Positions 31,331 through 42,014 of a stretch of 64,000 nt of DNA are shown here, in pieces (the stretch's first letter is position 1; each line of letters opens with the position of its first letter). The stretch is taken from assembly GCA_963761455.1 (NCBI GenBank), contig CAVXHA010000003.1, positions 958,036-1,022,035 of the forward strand. Direction: 5' to 3'. Position numbers and translations under genes: made by a program. Under the pieces are notes generated by a model. The model ran no database searches and was not told the DNA's origin. It saw only the letters and a program-made list of their open reading frames with translations. Origin of the DNA: an uncultured Planctomycetota bacterium (GTDB taxonomy: Bacteria; Planctomycetota; Planctomycetia; Planctomycetales; Planctomycetaceae).

Positions 31331-32348
31331 CGCTTACCTCGACGGGCTGGCCCGTTCTCCATGAGTCCTCCGCGGCCGCGGCAATGCGCAGGCTTGCAAC
31401 GCCGTCGCGCCCGGTGACTTCCGGAGATTCCCCGCATTTGATCTTTGACACAAAGACCCGCACGTGCGCACCAATCGTGTCCCAGAAGGAGCTTACTGGA
31501 TCCCACGGATCGGCAAGCCACGTTTCGCGCTCCTCGGGATCGTTCGCGACGGCGGTCACGCTCCGCGTTACGTCCTCGACCGTCAGGCTTCCCGCCGAAC
31601 CGACGATCGTCATCGTTTCGTGCGTCCGCGTCTGCCCCTCGCGATAGGTCGCGGCAATCGTCCCCACGGCCCCTGCCCGAAACCGGAAGGCGATGACGAC
31701 GTGGCTCACGAGGTTTGTCGCGCGGTCGACGGAGCCGGTGACGTGCACGGTTGCCGGTTCGCCGACGAGCCAGCGAAGGAGGTCGAAGTGGTGCGTGAGC
31801 AGGGTCGTGAACATGACTGTCGGCGTGGTCCGCACCGAAAGCCGCGGAAAGCCGTCCGTGACCACGAGCGTGGCGTTCCGGGGTGTTCCAATCCGGCCGT
31901 CGCGAATCATCTCGCCTGCCCGACGGTAGCCGAATCCGTAGCGACGGTTGAAATCGACGCCGAGAAAACGCTGGCGTTTGTCCGCCGCCGCGGCCATGGC
32001 TCGCGCTTCGTCGATTCGCGTCGCTAACGGCTTCTCGCAGAAAACGTGGCTTCCCGTTTCGAGGGCCGCCATCACGGGCTCGAAATGGAGTGCGCCGGGC
32101 GTGGCGACCGTCACGACATCCGGCCGCACGCTGCGCAGCAACTCTCGAAAATCGTCAAACGGCTTCGCCCGGAAATACTCGGCCACGCGCCTGCCCCGAT
32201 CCCGATCCGAATCGCAGACAGCCACGAGGGTGGCATCGCCGTTCTCGGCAAGTGCTCTGGCGTGCCGTTCTCCCACGCGACCGCAACCAATGACGGCGGC
32301 TGACAAAATTTTGCCGGTCGTCGAAACTTCGCTCGACGCGTCTTTCAT
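31323..32348 (-). CDS. Gfo/Idh/MocA-family NAD(P)-dependent oxidoreductase
   Basis: Intact 341 aa ORF. Rossmann N-terminus LSAAVIGCGRVGERHARAL, then EKPLA motif. Confidence 0.85.
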   Translation of the reverse strand: MKDASSEVSTTGKILSAAVIGCGRVGERHARALAENGDATLVAVCDSDRDRGRRVAEYFRAKPFDDFRELLRSVRPDVVTVATPGALHFEPVMAALETGSHVFCEKPLATRIDEARAMAAAADKRQRFLGVDFNRRYGFGYRRAGEMIRDGRIGTPRNATLVVTDGFPRLSVRTTPTVMFTTLLTHHFDLLRWLVGEPATVHVTGSVDRATNLVSHVVIAFRFRAGAVGTIAATYREGQTRTHETMTIVGSAGSLTVEDVTRSVTAVANDPEERETWLADPWDPVSSFWDTIGAHVRVFVSKIKCGESPEVTGRDGVASLRIAAAAEDSWRTGQPVEVSDE

Positions 32349-32418
32349 TCAAAACTTTCGGCCTCGGAACCAGGCTGCCGCTTGCGAACAAGTTTGAACG
32401 ATGTCGATTGGGCATCCG

Positions 32419-34602
32419 TCAGGTAATTTCGATTGCGAACATGCTGAGCGTCGCCAACCGCGGTGCGATGAAGGAAACGACGTCGGCGTTCCGTTCGACC
32501 TTGAGCTCCTGTTTTGAAGGGAGAATGCGAATGGTCCCCACCTTCGCCGGCAAACGCAGGCGGACGCGGATGTCGGAGATCGGGATGTTCGGCAACTCTT
32601 CCTGGAAATTGACCAGAGACAAGATGTAGCGCGATCGATCGGGCTGGTCGAACAGGCTCGCTTCCACAGACCCCGGTGCGTCGATCTCGAACGGGTGCTT
32701 CGGGCACAGGGCATTCACAATCGCATCGAATGTCGGGCGAAGCGTGTCGAGATTCTCGATCATACTGGCGGCGTAGATGCACCGGCCGCGGCCGTAGTTG
32801 TGATCGACGAGTTCCGGATTGTCGGTTGGCACCCAGGGGGGATCGGAGTGAATCGAGGCGAACTTGTCCGGAGATGGCGCAGGCCACGGAAGGGTCGTCG
32901 TCGCCAGTACCCGTGCCGCGGCGGTCGCTCGGATGACGAGGCCGAACTCCTTCGTGTACGCCGGATATTTGGCGGAGAATCCGGGAAAGAAAGGTTGCCC
33001 GGCCGGCGTTGGAGCAAGGTAATGGATGCGGGCGCTCCAATTGGGGTTTTCCTTCAGTGAGACGCCAAAGACGTCCGCCAGCATGAAATCGTCGTGCAGC
33101 TTTCCGGCTTTATCGACGAGTGACGTGCTGCCGCTGGCGTAGAGCGTCCCTCCGTTCTTGACCCACTCGCGGATTGCAGTGCATTCCTCCTTGTCCATCA
33201 TGTTGACGTTGGAGAGGATCAAGAGCTTGATCCGGCCGAGCTTTCCCAGCGAGGGCTTGGTGATCACGCGGAACGGAACGTGCGAGGCAATCAGCCGCGA
33301 GGCAGCCCCCATCACCCCGGGTGAATGCGTGTCGCTGAGATCAGCTTGGCGGACGTGGCGTCCGTTCCCCGCGAAGGTGAATTTGGACTCGGTGCTATAG
33401 TAAGCGGCAACGTCGGCGACTCGTTCGCCCCCCAGATGTTCGTAATAGGGCATCAACCGCTCGAAGATTCGCCCCATCCGTTCGTGCGCCCGCGCATTGA
33501 CCGTCCCGATCGGGTCGATGGCGTCGATAAAGATGAAGGCCGCGTGGTCGGCGATCGCGGCCGAGGCCTTGGCCTCGAGCAGCTCTTCCGTTTTCATCGC
33601 CGTGTGGTCGTTGAGTGCGACGGAAAAGCTCGTCTCGTAGCCGAAGGGGCGATTCGGGGTCAGATCCTCGAGCAGCTTGCGGACGAACGAACCTTGCAGC
33701 TTGCTGCCGTAGAAGTCCCCCTGCAGGAAATCATTCTGCTTGGCCAGCGGCGTCGTGACGCCGAGCGTCCACGGCGCGGGGAACGTCGAGGATTGGTGTT
33801 CGACCGTCGCCTGCGGCTTGTGCTGCCGCACGGTCGAGGTGGCCACGGTCGCGAACTCGACGAGCCACCGCTCGCGGGCCCGCTGGAAGGCGACCCACCG
33901 CTCGTCGACCCAGTTCACGATCTCGGGGATCCTCCCGCCGACCTCCGCGGCATACCGGTCCTTGCAAAAATGGCAGTAGCAGACGGAGGGCCAGAAGGTC
34001 ATGTCGAAACGGATGCCTTCAAAGTCGAACGTCTCGCAGATTTCCCGCACAAAGGAGCGGACATAGTCACGATAGGGGGAGTTGACGCACAACACGCCGA
34101 ACCGGCCTCCCTCCCCTTGAATGTGTCCGTCGACCGTGCGAATTCGCCATTCCGGATGCTGGTCGGCGCACCAGCGGTCGAAGATCAGGCTCGTGTAAAG
34201 CTGGACATTGATTCCGACGGCGTGGCACCGGTCGATCATCTCTTGGAGCATGTTCCGACCCTTGAAGGCGGCATGCTCTTTGCCGATCTTCGTCGGGTAG
34301 TTGAACAGCCCCACGTGCGATTGGCAGTAGCAGACGATCGACTGCGACTTCGAGCGCACGAGCATCTTTGCATATTCGTTGGGATCGAACTGGGAGAGAA
34401 ACTTCGGATCCCAATCCGGAATGTGCATGTCGATCACCGCGCGGCGATAGGCGTGCCGAAACCAGCGTTTTTCTTCGCCGGAGGCGTTCGACCCGCCGAG
34501 GGCAGGCCGAACGGAGGACAACATTCCCGTGGCCACGGATGCGGCCGTTGCGGTTTGAATGAACTCCCGTCGTGGCAGTTTGCGCGTCATGGTGACCATC
34601 AC
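32419..34602 (-). CDS. Tat-exported putative glycoside hydrolase (TIM-barrel GHL6-like N-terminal half plus GH42-type trimerisation/GATase-like domain)
   Basis: Intact 727 aa ORF. Twin-arginine signal KLPRREFIQTATAASVATG. The architecture call rests on family resemblance only (..GINVQLYTSLIFDRW.., ..IKLLILSNVNMMDKEECTAIREWVKNGGTLYASG). Confidence 0.6.
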   Translation of the reverse strand: MMVTMTRKLPRREFIQTATAASVATGMLSSVRPALGGSNASGEEKRWFRHAYRRAVIDMHIPDWDPKFLSQFDPNEYAKMLVRSKSQSIVCYCQSHVGLFNYPTKIGKEHAAFKGRNMLQEMIDRCHAVGINVQLYTSLIFDRWCADQHPEWRIRTVDGHIQGEGGRFGVLCVNSPYRDYVRSFVREICETFDFEGIRFDMTFWPSVCYCHFCKDRYAAEVGGRIPEIVNWVDERWVAFQRARERWLVEFATVATSTVRQHKPQATVEHQSSTFPAPWTLGVTTPLAKQNDFLQGDFYGSKLQGSFVRKLLEDLTPNRPFGYETSFSVALNDHTAMKTEELLEAKASAAIADHAAFIFIDAIDPIGTVNARAHERMGRIFERLMPYYEHLGGERVADVAAYYSTESKFTFAGNGRHVRQADLSDTHSPGVMGAASRLIASHVPFRVITKPSLGKLGRIKLLILSNVNMMDKEECTAIREWVKNGGTLYASGSTSLVDKAGKLHDDFMLADVFGVSLKENPNWSARIHYLAPTPAGQPFFPGFSAKYPAYTKEFGLVIRATAAARVLATTTLPWPAPSPDKFASIHSDPPWVPTDNPELVDHNYGRGRCIYAASMIENLDTLRPTFDAIVNALCPKHPFEIDAPGSVEASLFDQPDRSRYILSLVNFQEELPNIPISDIRVRLRLPAKVGTIRILPSKQELKVERNADVVSFIAPRLATLSMFAIEIT

Positions 34603-34650
34603 TTGAAGACTGAACTCGGCTCAACCTTCAATTTGCCGTTTCACGTCAGC

Positions 34651-35337
34651 TCATACTTCGGATCGGCATTTTGATTGAAGAATTGTCGATGTCGGGTTTT
34701 CAGCCGCTTGACGACTTCGTCGTTCTCGGGCCGACGGATGAGATTCTTGCACTCTTGCGGATCGCTTAGCATATCGTAGACCTCGCCGGAGCCGTTCGGA
34801 AGGCGGCACGTATATTTCCGTTGCGACGGACCGTCGTTTACTGCGCGCCGAGAGGTCCCAGCAGTTTGATTTGCGAGAGAAAATAGAACTCGTCTTCATC
34901 TGGTCGAATCGGGCTGTGGCCGACTTTACGGTCAATGCAAGCGGCGTCATCCTCTTCGGGCAGGAGGAGGCAGAGGTCGGTCATCATGATCTTCCACAAT
35001 CGGGTCTCTCTTGAATTGTCCTGATCCCGAGCTCGTGTCCTACGGGCAGCCAATGGGCTTGGCGACCGTGATCGCGAACGCGGGGGCGTCTCCTCTCGTC
35101 ACACATCAGCTTGCGCACCGTCCGATTTGCAAACTGGAGCAAACAGCGAGTCGGCCGTTGGATAGCCAACCCGTATCGTCCATTCGTCGAATTGACGACC
35201 CCTTCGCGGCCCGCGTAGACTCCGGCGCTCGCTAAGAGGAGCGTCTCCAGCTCTATAATCTGCGTTGGCCCTTCTTTCTCCGAAATTGGCGGGGGTTCTG
35301 ACGAGCCGTTTGAACAAATCGAGTTGCCCTCAAGCAC
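34651..35337 (-). pseudogene. Orphan sulfatase-like C-terminal fragment, frame-broken, with no catalytic N-terminal domain
   Basis: The stitched minus-strand reading ends ..GSGEVYDMLSDPQECKNLIRRPENDEVVKRLKTRHRQFFNQNADPKYELT*. This resembles the LYDL-x-DP-x-E tail of sulfatases. No CxPxR or metal-binding N-terminal domain lies upstream before the divergent gene at 35378. Confidence 0.35.
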
Positions 35338-35377
35338 GCAATCCGATTAGCACAAAGCTCCAAACCAGGAAATCTGA

Positions 35378-36893
35378 ATGAAGCCGCCGCTTGACTCGAC
35401 GCCTCACGATCGACATGGCTTGTTGCGAGTCGGTTTTCTTTTGATTCTCGCCGCGGTCGCGTGCACCGCGGACGTCGCGCTTTCCGCCGCGCCTTCAGAC
35501 GGCAGCGTTCGCCGTCCGAACATCGTGATTGTCATGCCGGACGACGTCGGCTATGGCGACTTTTCATGTCACGGCAATCCGGTCATACACACGCCACATG
35601 TCGATGCGTTTTACCGGCAGAGCGTGCGGTTCACCGATTTTCACGTCAGCCCGACTTGCGCGCCGACACGGTTCGCCTTGATGACAGGACGGCACGAGTT
35701 CAAGTCAGGGGTCACGCATACGATCTATGAGCGCGAGCGGATGAGCCTGAAGGCCGTCACGATTGCCCAAGTCTTGCGAAACTCCGGGTACGCGACGGGG
35801 ATCTTTGGCAAATGGCATTTGGGCGACGAGCCCGTCTATCAGCCTGATCGGCGAGGCTTCGAGGAGGTCTTCATTCACGGGGCCGGCGGAATCGGCCAGA
35901 CGTTCCCCGGAAGCTGTGGTGATGCGCCCGGAAACACGTATTTCAACCCGGCCATCCTTCACAATGGGACCTTCGAAAGGACACACGGCTATTGCACCGA
36001 CGTTTTTTTCCGGCAGGCCCTCCGCTGGATCGATCGCGAGCCGCAGCGGCGGCCACCCCTTTTTCGCCTACATTACGCCGAACGCCGCCCACGCGCCGTT
36101 ACAAGTCCCCGACGACTATTTTCACCGTTACCAAGGCAAAGTGCCCGACAACGTGGCCCGCTTTTTCGGAATGATCGAGAACATTGACGACAACTTTGGC
36201 GCGCTCCTCAGGAAGCTCAACGAATGGGGTCTCGCCAACAACACGCTTGTCGTCTTCATGACCGACAACGGCGGCACTCAGGGAACGACCGTCTTCAATG
36301 CCGGGATGCGCGGCATGAAGAATACGCCCTACCAGGGGGGGACTCGCGTCCCGTCGTTCTGGCGTTGGCCGGCTGCCTTCCCGGGGGGACGCGACGTCTC
36401 CACGTTGACCGCCCACATCGATGTCTTTCCAACTCTCGCTGAAGTGGCCGGCGCGAAGTTACCGGCCGACGTGCAGACGCAAGTGGAAGGACGCAGCCTC
36501 GTGGACCTCCTCAAAACCCAAGGGGCCGAGTTTGCCGACCGGTACCTAGTGACTCATTGTGGTCGTTGGCGGCGGGGCCAGGCCGCGAAGGCTAAGTTCA
36601 CGCAGTGCTCCATCCGCAACGGCCGCTTCACGCTGGTCAACAATGCGGAACTCTATGATCTGCGGAATGATCCCGGCGAGACGACGAACGTGCTGGCCCG
36701 GCACCCGGAAGTGGTCGCCGCGTTCCGGGCCGCCTATGACCGCTGGTGGAACGACGTCCTTCCCCGGTTCGAAAATGAAGATGCGATCGGCCCGGACGTC
36801 AACCCGTTCAAGGAACGGTACTGGAAACAGTTCGGCGGAGGCCCCGACGCGGACCTTTTGCGCAGGATGAAGCCGGAGCCGGCTCGGCAATGA
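35378..36893 (+). CDS. Cys-type sulfatase (arylsulfatase A family) with signal peptide. One apparent frameshift near 36040-36060.
   Basis: NIVIVMPDDVGYGDFS, SPTCAPTRFALMTGR, GKWHLG, FMTDNGG, MKNTPYQGGTRVPSF, AELYDLRNDPGETTNV. ORFs 35378..36187 and 35763..36893. Confidence 0.9.
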
Positions 36894-36973
36894 CCGGCGG
36901 CCCCGCAGGAAGCTTCGGATCTGCCAAGTCGGGGTCACTGGAGAAGGATTGACCTGCCGGGCGGATAGAGACG

Positions 36974-37003
36974 AAAAAAGCCGCACGACTCTCAGCGTGC
37001 GGC
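36974..37003 (-). terminator. Rho-independent terminator on the minus strand
   Basis: Minus strand reads GCCGCACG-ctgagagt-CGTGCGGC followed by TTTTTT. A perfect 8 bp stem plus a T6 run. Confidence 0.7.
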
Positions 37004-37420
37004 GACGAGTGTTGCGCGGTTGACGGAAGAATCAGGAGACAACCGGCATGCGCCTGAGCCACGATTGATGAGAGGTCTGCCGCGAGTAGTCAGCATTGTT
37101 ACAGTCGACGGTCGTTCGCCTCGCGCTCGTCGAGGGCCGACATTTGCATGAGGAAGCCCATTTTGGCGATTTCCGGCTTCAACTTCCTGCGTCCGCCTGA
37201 GGGAAGGCTGAAAGGAATTCAAAAGAAGTTCGATTTCAGCTTGCGTTGTCAGTACGATGAGACGCGTTGCCCGGCCGCGAAGCCAAGTCGGTTGGCAGTG
37301 AGACGACCTTTGCCCAGGACGTCGACAAGCTCCGGCACCTCCGCTCGCGGCTCCGCTGGCCGTTACTCGATCTCCGCTTACTCGGACTACCGCCTTCGTC
37401 CTCGCTCTCGTTCGGCGGAC

Positions 37421-39938
37421 TCATTTGCGCTTGGCAGACGGACTCAAGGCAATGCGGAAGCCCAGGTTAAAAACCCGCTTCCCCGGCGAGTACCAATTCC
37501 GCAACGCCGACCGGCAACTCCCGGCAGTGCTGCCCCAGCCTCCGCCCCGTAGCACCCGGACCGAGCCCTTTAGCGGACCCTGCGGGTCCGTGCCGCCGGT
37601 TAAGGTCTCCGCGTACAAGTCCCGGCACCATTCCCACACGTTGCCGTGCATGTCGGACAGCCCCCACCGATTCGTCTTCTTTTGGCCCACCTGATGCGCG
37701 TATCTTCTCATCCGCACCGTCGGTGTTCTTGGTGAACCAGGCGTACCCCGGCAGGTCCGATTCATCGTCCCCGAATGAGAATCGGGATTTCGCCCCGGCC
37801 CGGCAGGCGTATTCCCATTGTGCCTCTGTCGGCAACCTGTATTTCCAGCGCACCGGCAGACGCCCCGCGTCGCGCTCCATCTCCGTCAGCTTCTCGCAAA
37901 ATCTAATAGCGTCCTCCCAGCTCACGTAGGTCGCCGGGTAGTCCTCACCCTCTTTCACGTAATTCTGGCCGCTCCACGGCGTGGTCTGCATGACGCGCTG
38001 CCATTCCGACTGCGTCACTCCGTGTTGGCCCAGCCAGAACCCCTTCGTGAGGGTGACGTCGACCGGTCCCTCGTTGCCAATGCGGCCCAGCTCAGTGGGC
38101 GGACTTCCCATTCGGAATTTGCCTGGAGGACACCATGCGAGCGGAAGCTTTAGTCCGTTGTCATCGCGAGTTTCGCCGGCTGGTCGAACCGAGCCCCGGC
38201 CGGCGCCGCCCTTTTTCTTGGGAAAGAGCGCGCTCACGACAGTGCAAAGTCGCGAGAAGTGGGGATCCAAGGGTTCTGCGAGGGCATCGATCCGATGGGG
38301 CCCGCGGAGAAAAGGAGCCAGCATCGCCGGCTGAACATCCTCGATGCAGAAGGTCACGATGGTGGCCCCCGCCCGCGCCGCAAGCTCGATCTCTTGCAAC
38401 ACCCGTTCGGATTTGTTCGAAAAGGAGGACAGGATCAGGAGGACGACGCGGCTCTCCTTGATTGCGCGGCGGCTCGATTTTTCCCAACTCCGGCCCGCAG
38501 CGATATCGCGTGGCGCGATCCAGCAAGGGATGCCGGCTGCTTCGAGCATGTCGCAGGACGTCTCGGCGATCGTTTGGTCCTTTCGCGAAAAGCTGATGAA
38601 GAGCTTGGCCGCCGAAGAACGGTGCGGCGCCGCGGCGACGCTGCCTGTTCCCGGGGTGCGCAACAGTCGGCTGAGCGCGGCAGCCAATTCGCCCGCACTC
38701 TTGAACCGGAGATTCGGATTCTTTGGCCATGCAACGGGAGCAAATCGCCTCAAGCGGCGCGGGAACGGACGGATTGACCGAGCGCAGGGGCTCGAACCTT
38801 CCGTCGGAAACGCGGCGGATGATCTCCAGGACGTTTGTGCCCTGAAACGGCGGTCGCCCGGCCAGCGCAGTAGTAAAGGATGGCACCCATCGCATAAATG
38901 TCGGTCGGCGGCCCGACAAGCGACGTTTTCCCCGCAGCCTGTTCGGGCGACATATAGCTCGGAGTCCCCAGAACCTCGCCGCTGGCGGTGATCCCCTCCG
39001 GCAAGTCGATTCGCCGAGCCAGCCCAAAGTCGGTTACGCGTGGCTGGGCGGCGGCAGTCAGCAGGATGTTCTGAGGCTTCAAGTCGCGATGGACGATTCC
39101 CCGCGCATGGGCATGCTCGATGGCATCGGCGATGTCCCGAACGATTCGAGCCGCCTCGAGCGGCGGCAGCGCCGCCTTTGGCAAGATGGTCGGCAAGACT
39201 GCGTCCCTCGACGAATGCCATACACAGGAAATACTTCCCGTCCCGGCTGCCGAAGTCGTACACCGTCACGATGCCGGGATGATCAAGCCGGGCGGCGGCA
39301 CGGGCTTCAACCTGAAACCGCTTCACTCCCACTTCCGATTCGACGTGACCCGGGTGGATCAACTTGATGGCAACGAATCGGTCCAGTTCGACGTCGCGTG
39401 CCTTCCAGACCACCGCCGTGCCGCCGCGGCCTAGCTCCCCGATCAGTTCATACCGGTCGAACAACTGCTCGGCGACCGACTGCTCGCCTGTGGCGGATCG
39501 AATCAGGGTCTCATCGCCTGTCAACCGCGTGGCATCCGAAGCCGTTTCACTCCCGGGCGTGCCGCTCATCGTCTCTTCGGCGACACGAGGGGGTGCCGAT
39601 TGCGTGCCGTCCGCATGCGCCCCGTCCGTCTGCGGCGGGTGTGACGGCGGCAGCTCGACGGCGGACGTTCGCCCGTGAGGCCCAAAGCGCTTTTCAAGCT
39701 GGTCCGCAACCTGGGGGAACCGCTTGAAGTATTCCGCCGGGCTCGGCGTCTCTTTGTACTTCTCACGAAGGCAGTATTCGGAATAGATAAAATCGGCGAG
39801 CAACTCGGGATCGGACCGGAGATCGGAGTCGCGCACGACGTACGACTCGACCAGGGCACGCTGACCCTGTCGCCAGCTCTTACTCTGATCATTTTGGAGC
39901 GCCAGAAGGCGTTCCAAATGAACCGGCGTTTCGGTCAT
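37421..39938 (-). CDS. Ser/Thr kinase, TIR domain and FGE/SUMF1-fold domain fusion. About 5 apparent frameshifts, mostly in the kinase part.
   Basis: Kinase (about 38760-39440): GRGGTAVVWKA, VAIKLI, HRDLKPQNILL, DFGLA, GTPSYMSPEQ. TIR (about 38330-38610): KLFISFSRKDQ..GIPCWIAPRDIAAGRSWEKSSRRAIKESRVVLLILSSFSNKSERVLQEIELA. FGE fold (about 37421-38150): WCPPGKFRMGSP, WEYACRAG, GLSDMHGNVWEWCRD, RVLRGGGW. Confidence 0.8.
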
Positions 39939-40301
39939 CGCTTGCCTCGCTTAGGCTCCTTCCGCAGGTCGCGAACAGCGCCGGTCGCTCTGCCTTTGAA
40001 CCAGCACCACCCTAATGCGGCCGTCCACGGAAAGACAGTAAGTGTCGCGCACTGACCATGTCCCACATTTGACCGGTCTGTACCAGAATCCAACCACGGC
40101 GGACAGTGCGCCCGAAACGCCCGCCCCGCGGCGCCATCAGCTGTTTTCTGCGACAAAATGTCGATCCCAAAGCGATGGATTGAGACGCAAGCACCAAGAT
40201 ACCGCGCCGACAACCGGACGCCATGCGGAGAACCACCTAGAGGCTCAATTCCAGAGCAAAAAATGACCAATGAATAATCCGCTCAATACCCCTTCCCGCT
40301 C

Positions 40302-41012
40302 TCACGTTTGCGACGCCAATGGACCACTCCTCGACGCTTCGGCGAGGGCTCTCTGCAATGGGCACTGTGCCGCTTCAACGGCCCTGCCGGTCCGATAGGT
40401 TTCTAACATCTTCCGCGACTGCTCGGCCAGCTGGCGTCGAATCTGACGGCGCATTCCTCGGGCCCGTGCGATCTTCAAATCATCATACGCCGTCGTCCGG
40501 TGGCGCAGCCAAGCGATTACGGCCGACTCGGCCCGCCGCTCGATCGGGATGCGCTCCGTCCGAGCGACCGTACGGCTGCCGACCGGTGTGCTATGCTGCG
40601 TCACCGCGTCGGCAAGTCGCTCCGCGAGGTCGGCGTACAATGCGGCAAAGTCGAGGAACGCCAGGACAGCGTGCCGAAATTCCTTGACGTAGTCGGTCTG
40701 TTTCCGCTCCCGCCTCGCGACTTGCGCGGCTCGACGTTTGGCATACGAGTCCGTCGAACGCTCTGTCTCCAGCTGGGCACGGATGGACTGAATCCGGTTC
40801 GCTGGCGCGAAGACCCCTTGTGAGAACGTCTTTCGCCCCATTTTCTTCTGAACTGTCCAGGTCAGCCCAGCAGTCTTCACCCGACGGGTCAGCGTGGCAT
40901 CGCCAGGCGGCAACAGAGCCCAGCCTTCGGGAACGCGGAGAATCTGGCCATCGGCGGTTCGGACCGAACGTTCATCTGGTCCTGGGGCGACGATGCGTGT
41001 CTGAGAGGGCAT
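40302..41012 (-). CDS. DUF2293-like protein
   Basis: Inner start MPSQTRIV at 41012. The remainder (..TRRVKTAGLTWTVQKKMGRKTFSQGVFAP..AVIAWLRHRTTAYDDLKIARARGMRR..) matches my recollection of the DUF2293 family. The upstream 160 codons of the long ORF overlap the opposite-strand GT2 gene. Confidence 0.6.
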   Translation of the reverse strand: MPSQTRIVAPGPDERSVRTADGQILRVPEGWALLPPGDATLTRRVKTAGLTWTVQKKMGRKTFSQGVFAPANRIQSIRAQLETERSTDSYAKRRAAQVARRERKQTDYVKEFRHAVLAFLDFAALYADLAERLADAVTQHSTPVGSRTVARTERIPIERRAESAVIAWLRHRTTAYDDLKIARARGMRRQIRRQLAEQSRKMLETYRTGRAVEAAQCPLQRALAEASRSGPLASQT

Positions 41013-41193
41013 CGCGACACTATTCAGCCTTGCCGCTGATCGTTCAAGGGATGGGCGAAAGCTAAGTGCGGAGCCGGTTCGCGAAAATGAAGCTCGTGGC
41101 CACCGGTCTCTCGCGGGGATACGATCGAAATGACGCTGTGGAACGTTCGCTGTTGTTGCACCGTCGCAATTGCTCGGGACTCGGGTGAGCATC

Positions 41194-41907
41194 ATGCCAA
41201 GATTCTCGATTCTGATTCCGGCTCGCAATGAAGAGAAGTATCTTCCTGGATGCCTCGAGTCCCTGCAGCGGGCAGCGGAACCGTTTCCAGGCCAGGTCGA
41301 AGTGATCGTCGCCGTCAACCGTTGCACCGACCGCACGGAGGAGATCGCCCTGGCCCACGGCGCGATCGTTGTGCACAGCGACGCCCGGAATCTGGCGAAG
41401 ATCAGGAACGCAGCAGCCAAAGTGGCCACGGGCGACATCATTGTCACCATCGACGCGGACAGCCGGATGAGCCCTAAGATGTTGCTGGACATCGACCGGC
41501 TGCTGCGTACGGAGCGTTACGTCGGCGGCGGCGTGATGATCTGGCCGGAACGATGGTCTTTGGGAATCGTAGCGACGGCCATCATGCTGTTGCCCGTGGC
41601 ACTTCGGCATCGAGTCTCGGGGGGACTCTTCTGGTGCCTGCGTGAGGACTTCGAGGCGATCGGCGGGTTCAACGAGACTTGGGTCAGCGTGGAAGACATC
41701 GACTTCGCGAAGCGGCTGAAGGCTCACGGCAAGAGCAAGGGAAAACGGTTCGCAACCATCTTGGGGTCGCACATCATCACGTCCTGCCGGAAGTTCGATA
41801 CCTTCGGCGACTGGTTTCTGATTCGCAATCCAGGGATGGTGCGGCGAATCTTTACCGGTAAGTCACAGAAGGATGCCGACCATCTGTACTACGACTTTGA
41901 AAGGTAG
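41194..41907 (+). CDS. Family 2 glycosyltransferase
   Basis: FSILIPARNEEKYLPGCLESL, DxD-type TIDADS, GGFNE..EDIDFAKRL. Intact ORF. Confidence 0.85.
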   Translation: MPRFSILIPARNEEKYLPGCLESLQRAAEPFPGQVEVIVAVNRCTDRTEEIALAHGAIVVHSDARNLAKIRNAAAKVATGDIIVTIDADSRMSPKMLLDIDRLLRTERYVGGGVMIWPERWSLGIVATAIMLLPVALRHRVSGGLFWCLREDFEAIGGFNETWVSVEDIDFAKRLKAHGKSKGKRFATILGSHIITSCRKFDTFGDWFLIRNPGMVRRIFTGKSQKDADHLYYDFER

Positions 41908-42014
41908 GTATCGCAGTTGCGGCACTCACTACGTCCAAATACCGGTCTCGAGTCTCCTACCCGGTAACATGTCGTCGGCACACGTCAACACAGCGATCGG
42001 CAGAGGATGAGCAG

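Noticed and set aside
33325-34674. 449 aa plus-strand ORF
   Set aside because: It is antisense to the intact Tat-signal glycosidase-like gene, and its composition is low-complexity Arg/Gly/Asp/Val.
41013-41492. N-terminal 160 codons of ORF 40302..41492
   Set aside because: This part overlaps the well-supported opposite-strand GT2 gene and has no DUF2293-like sequence. The inner start at 41012 gives a sensible protein.
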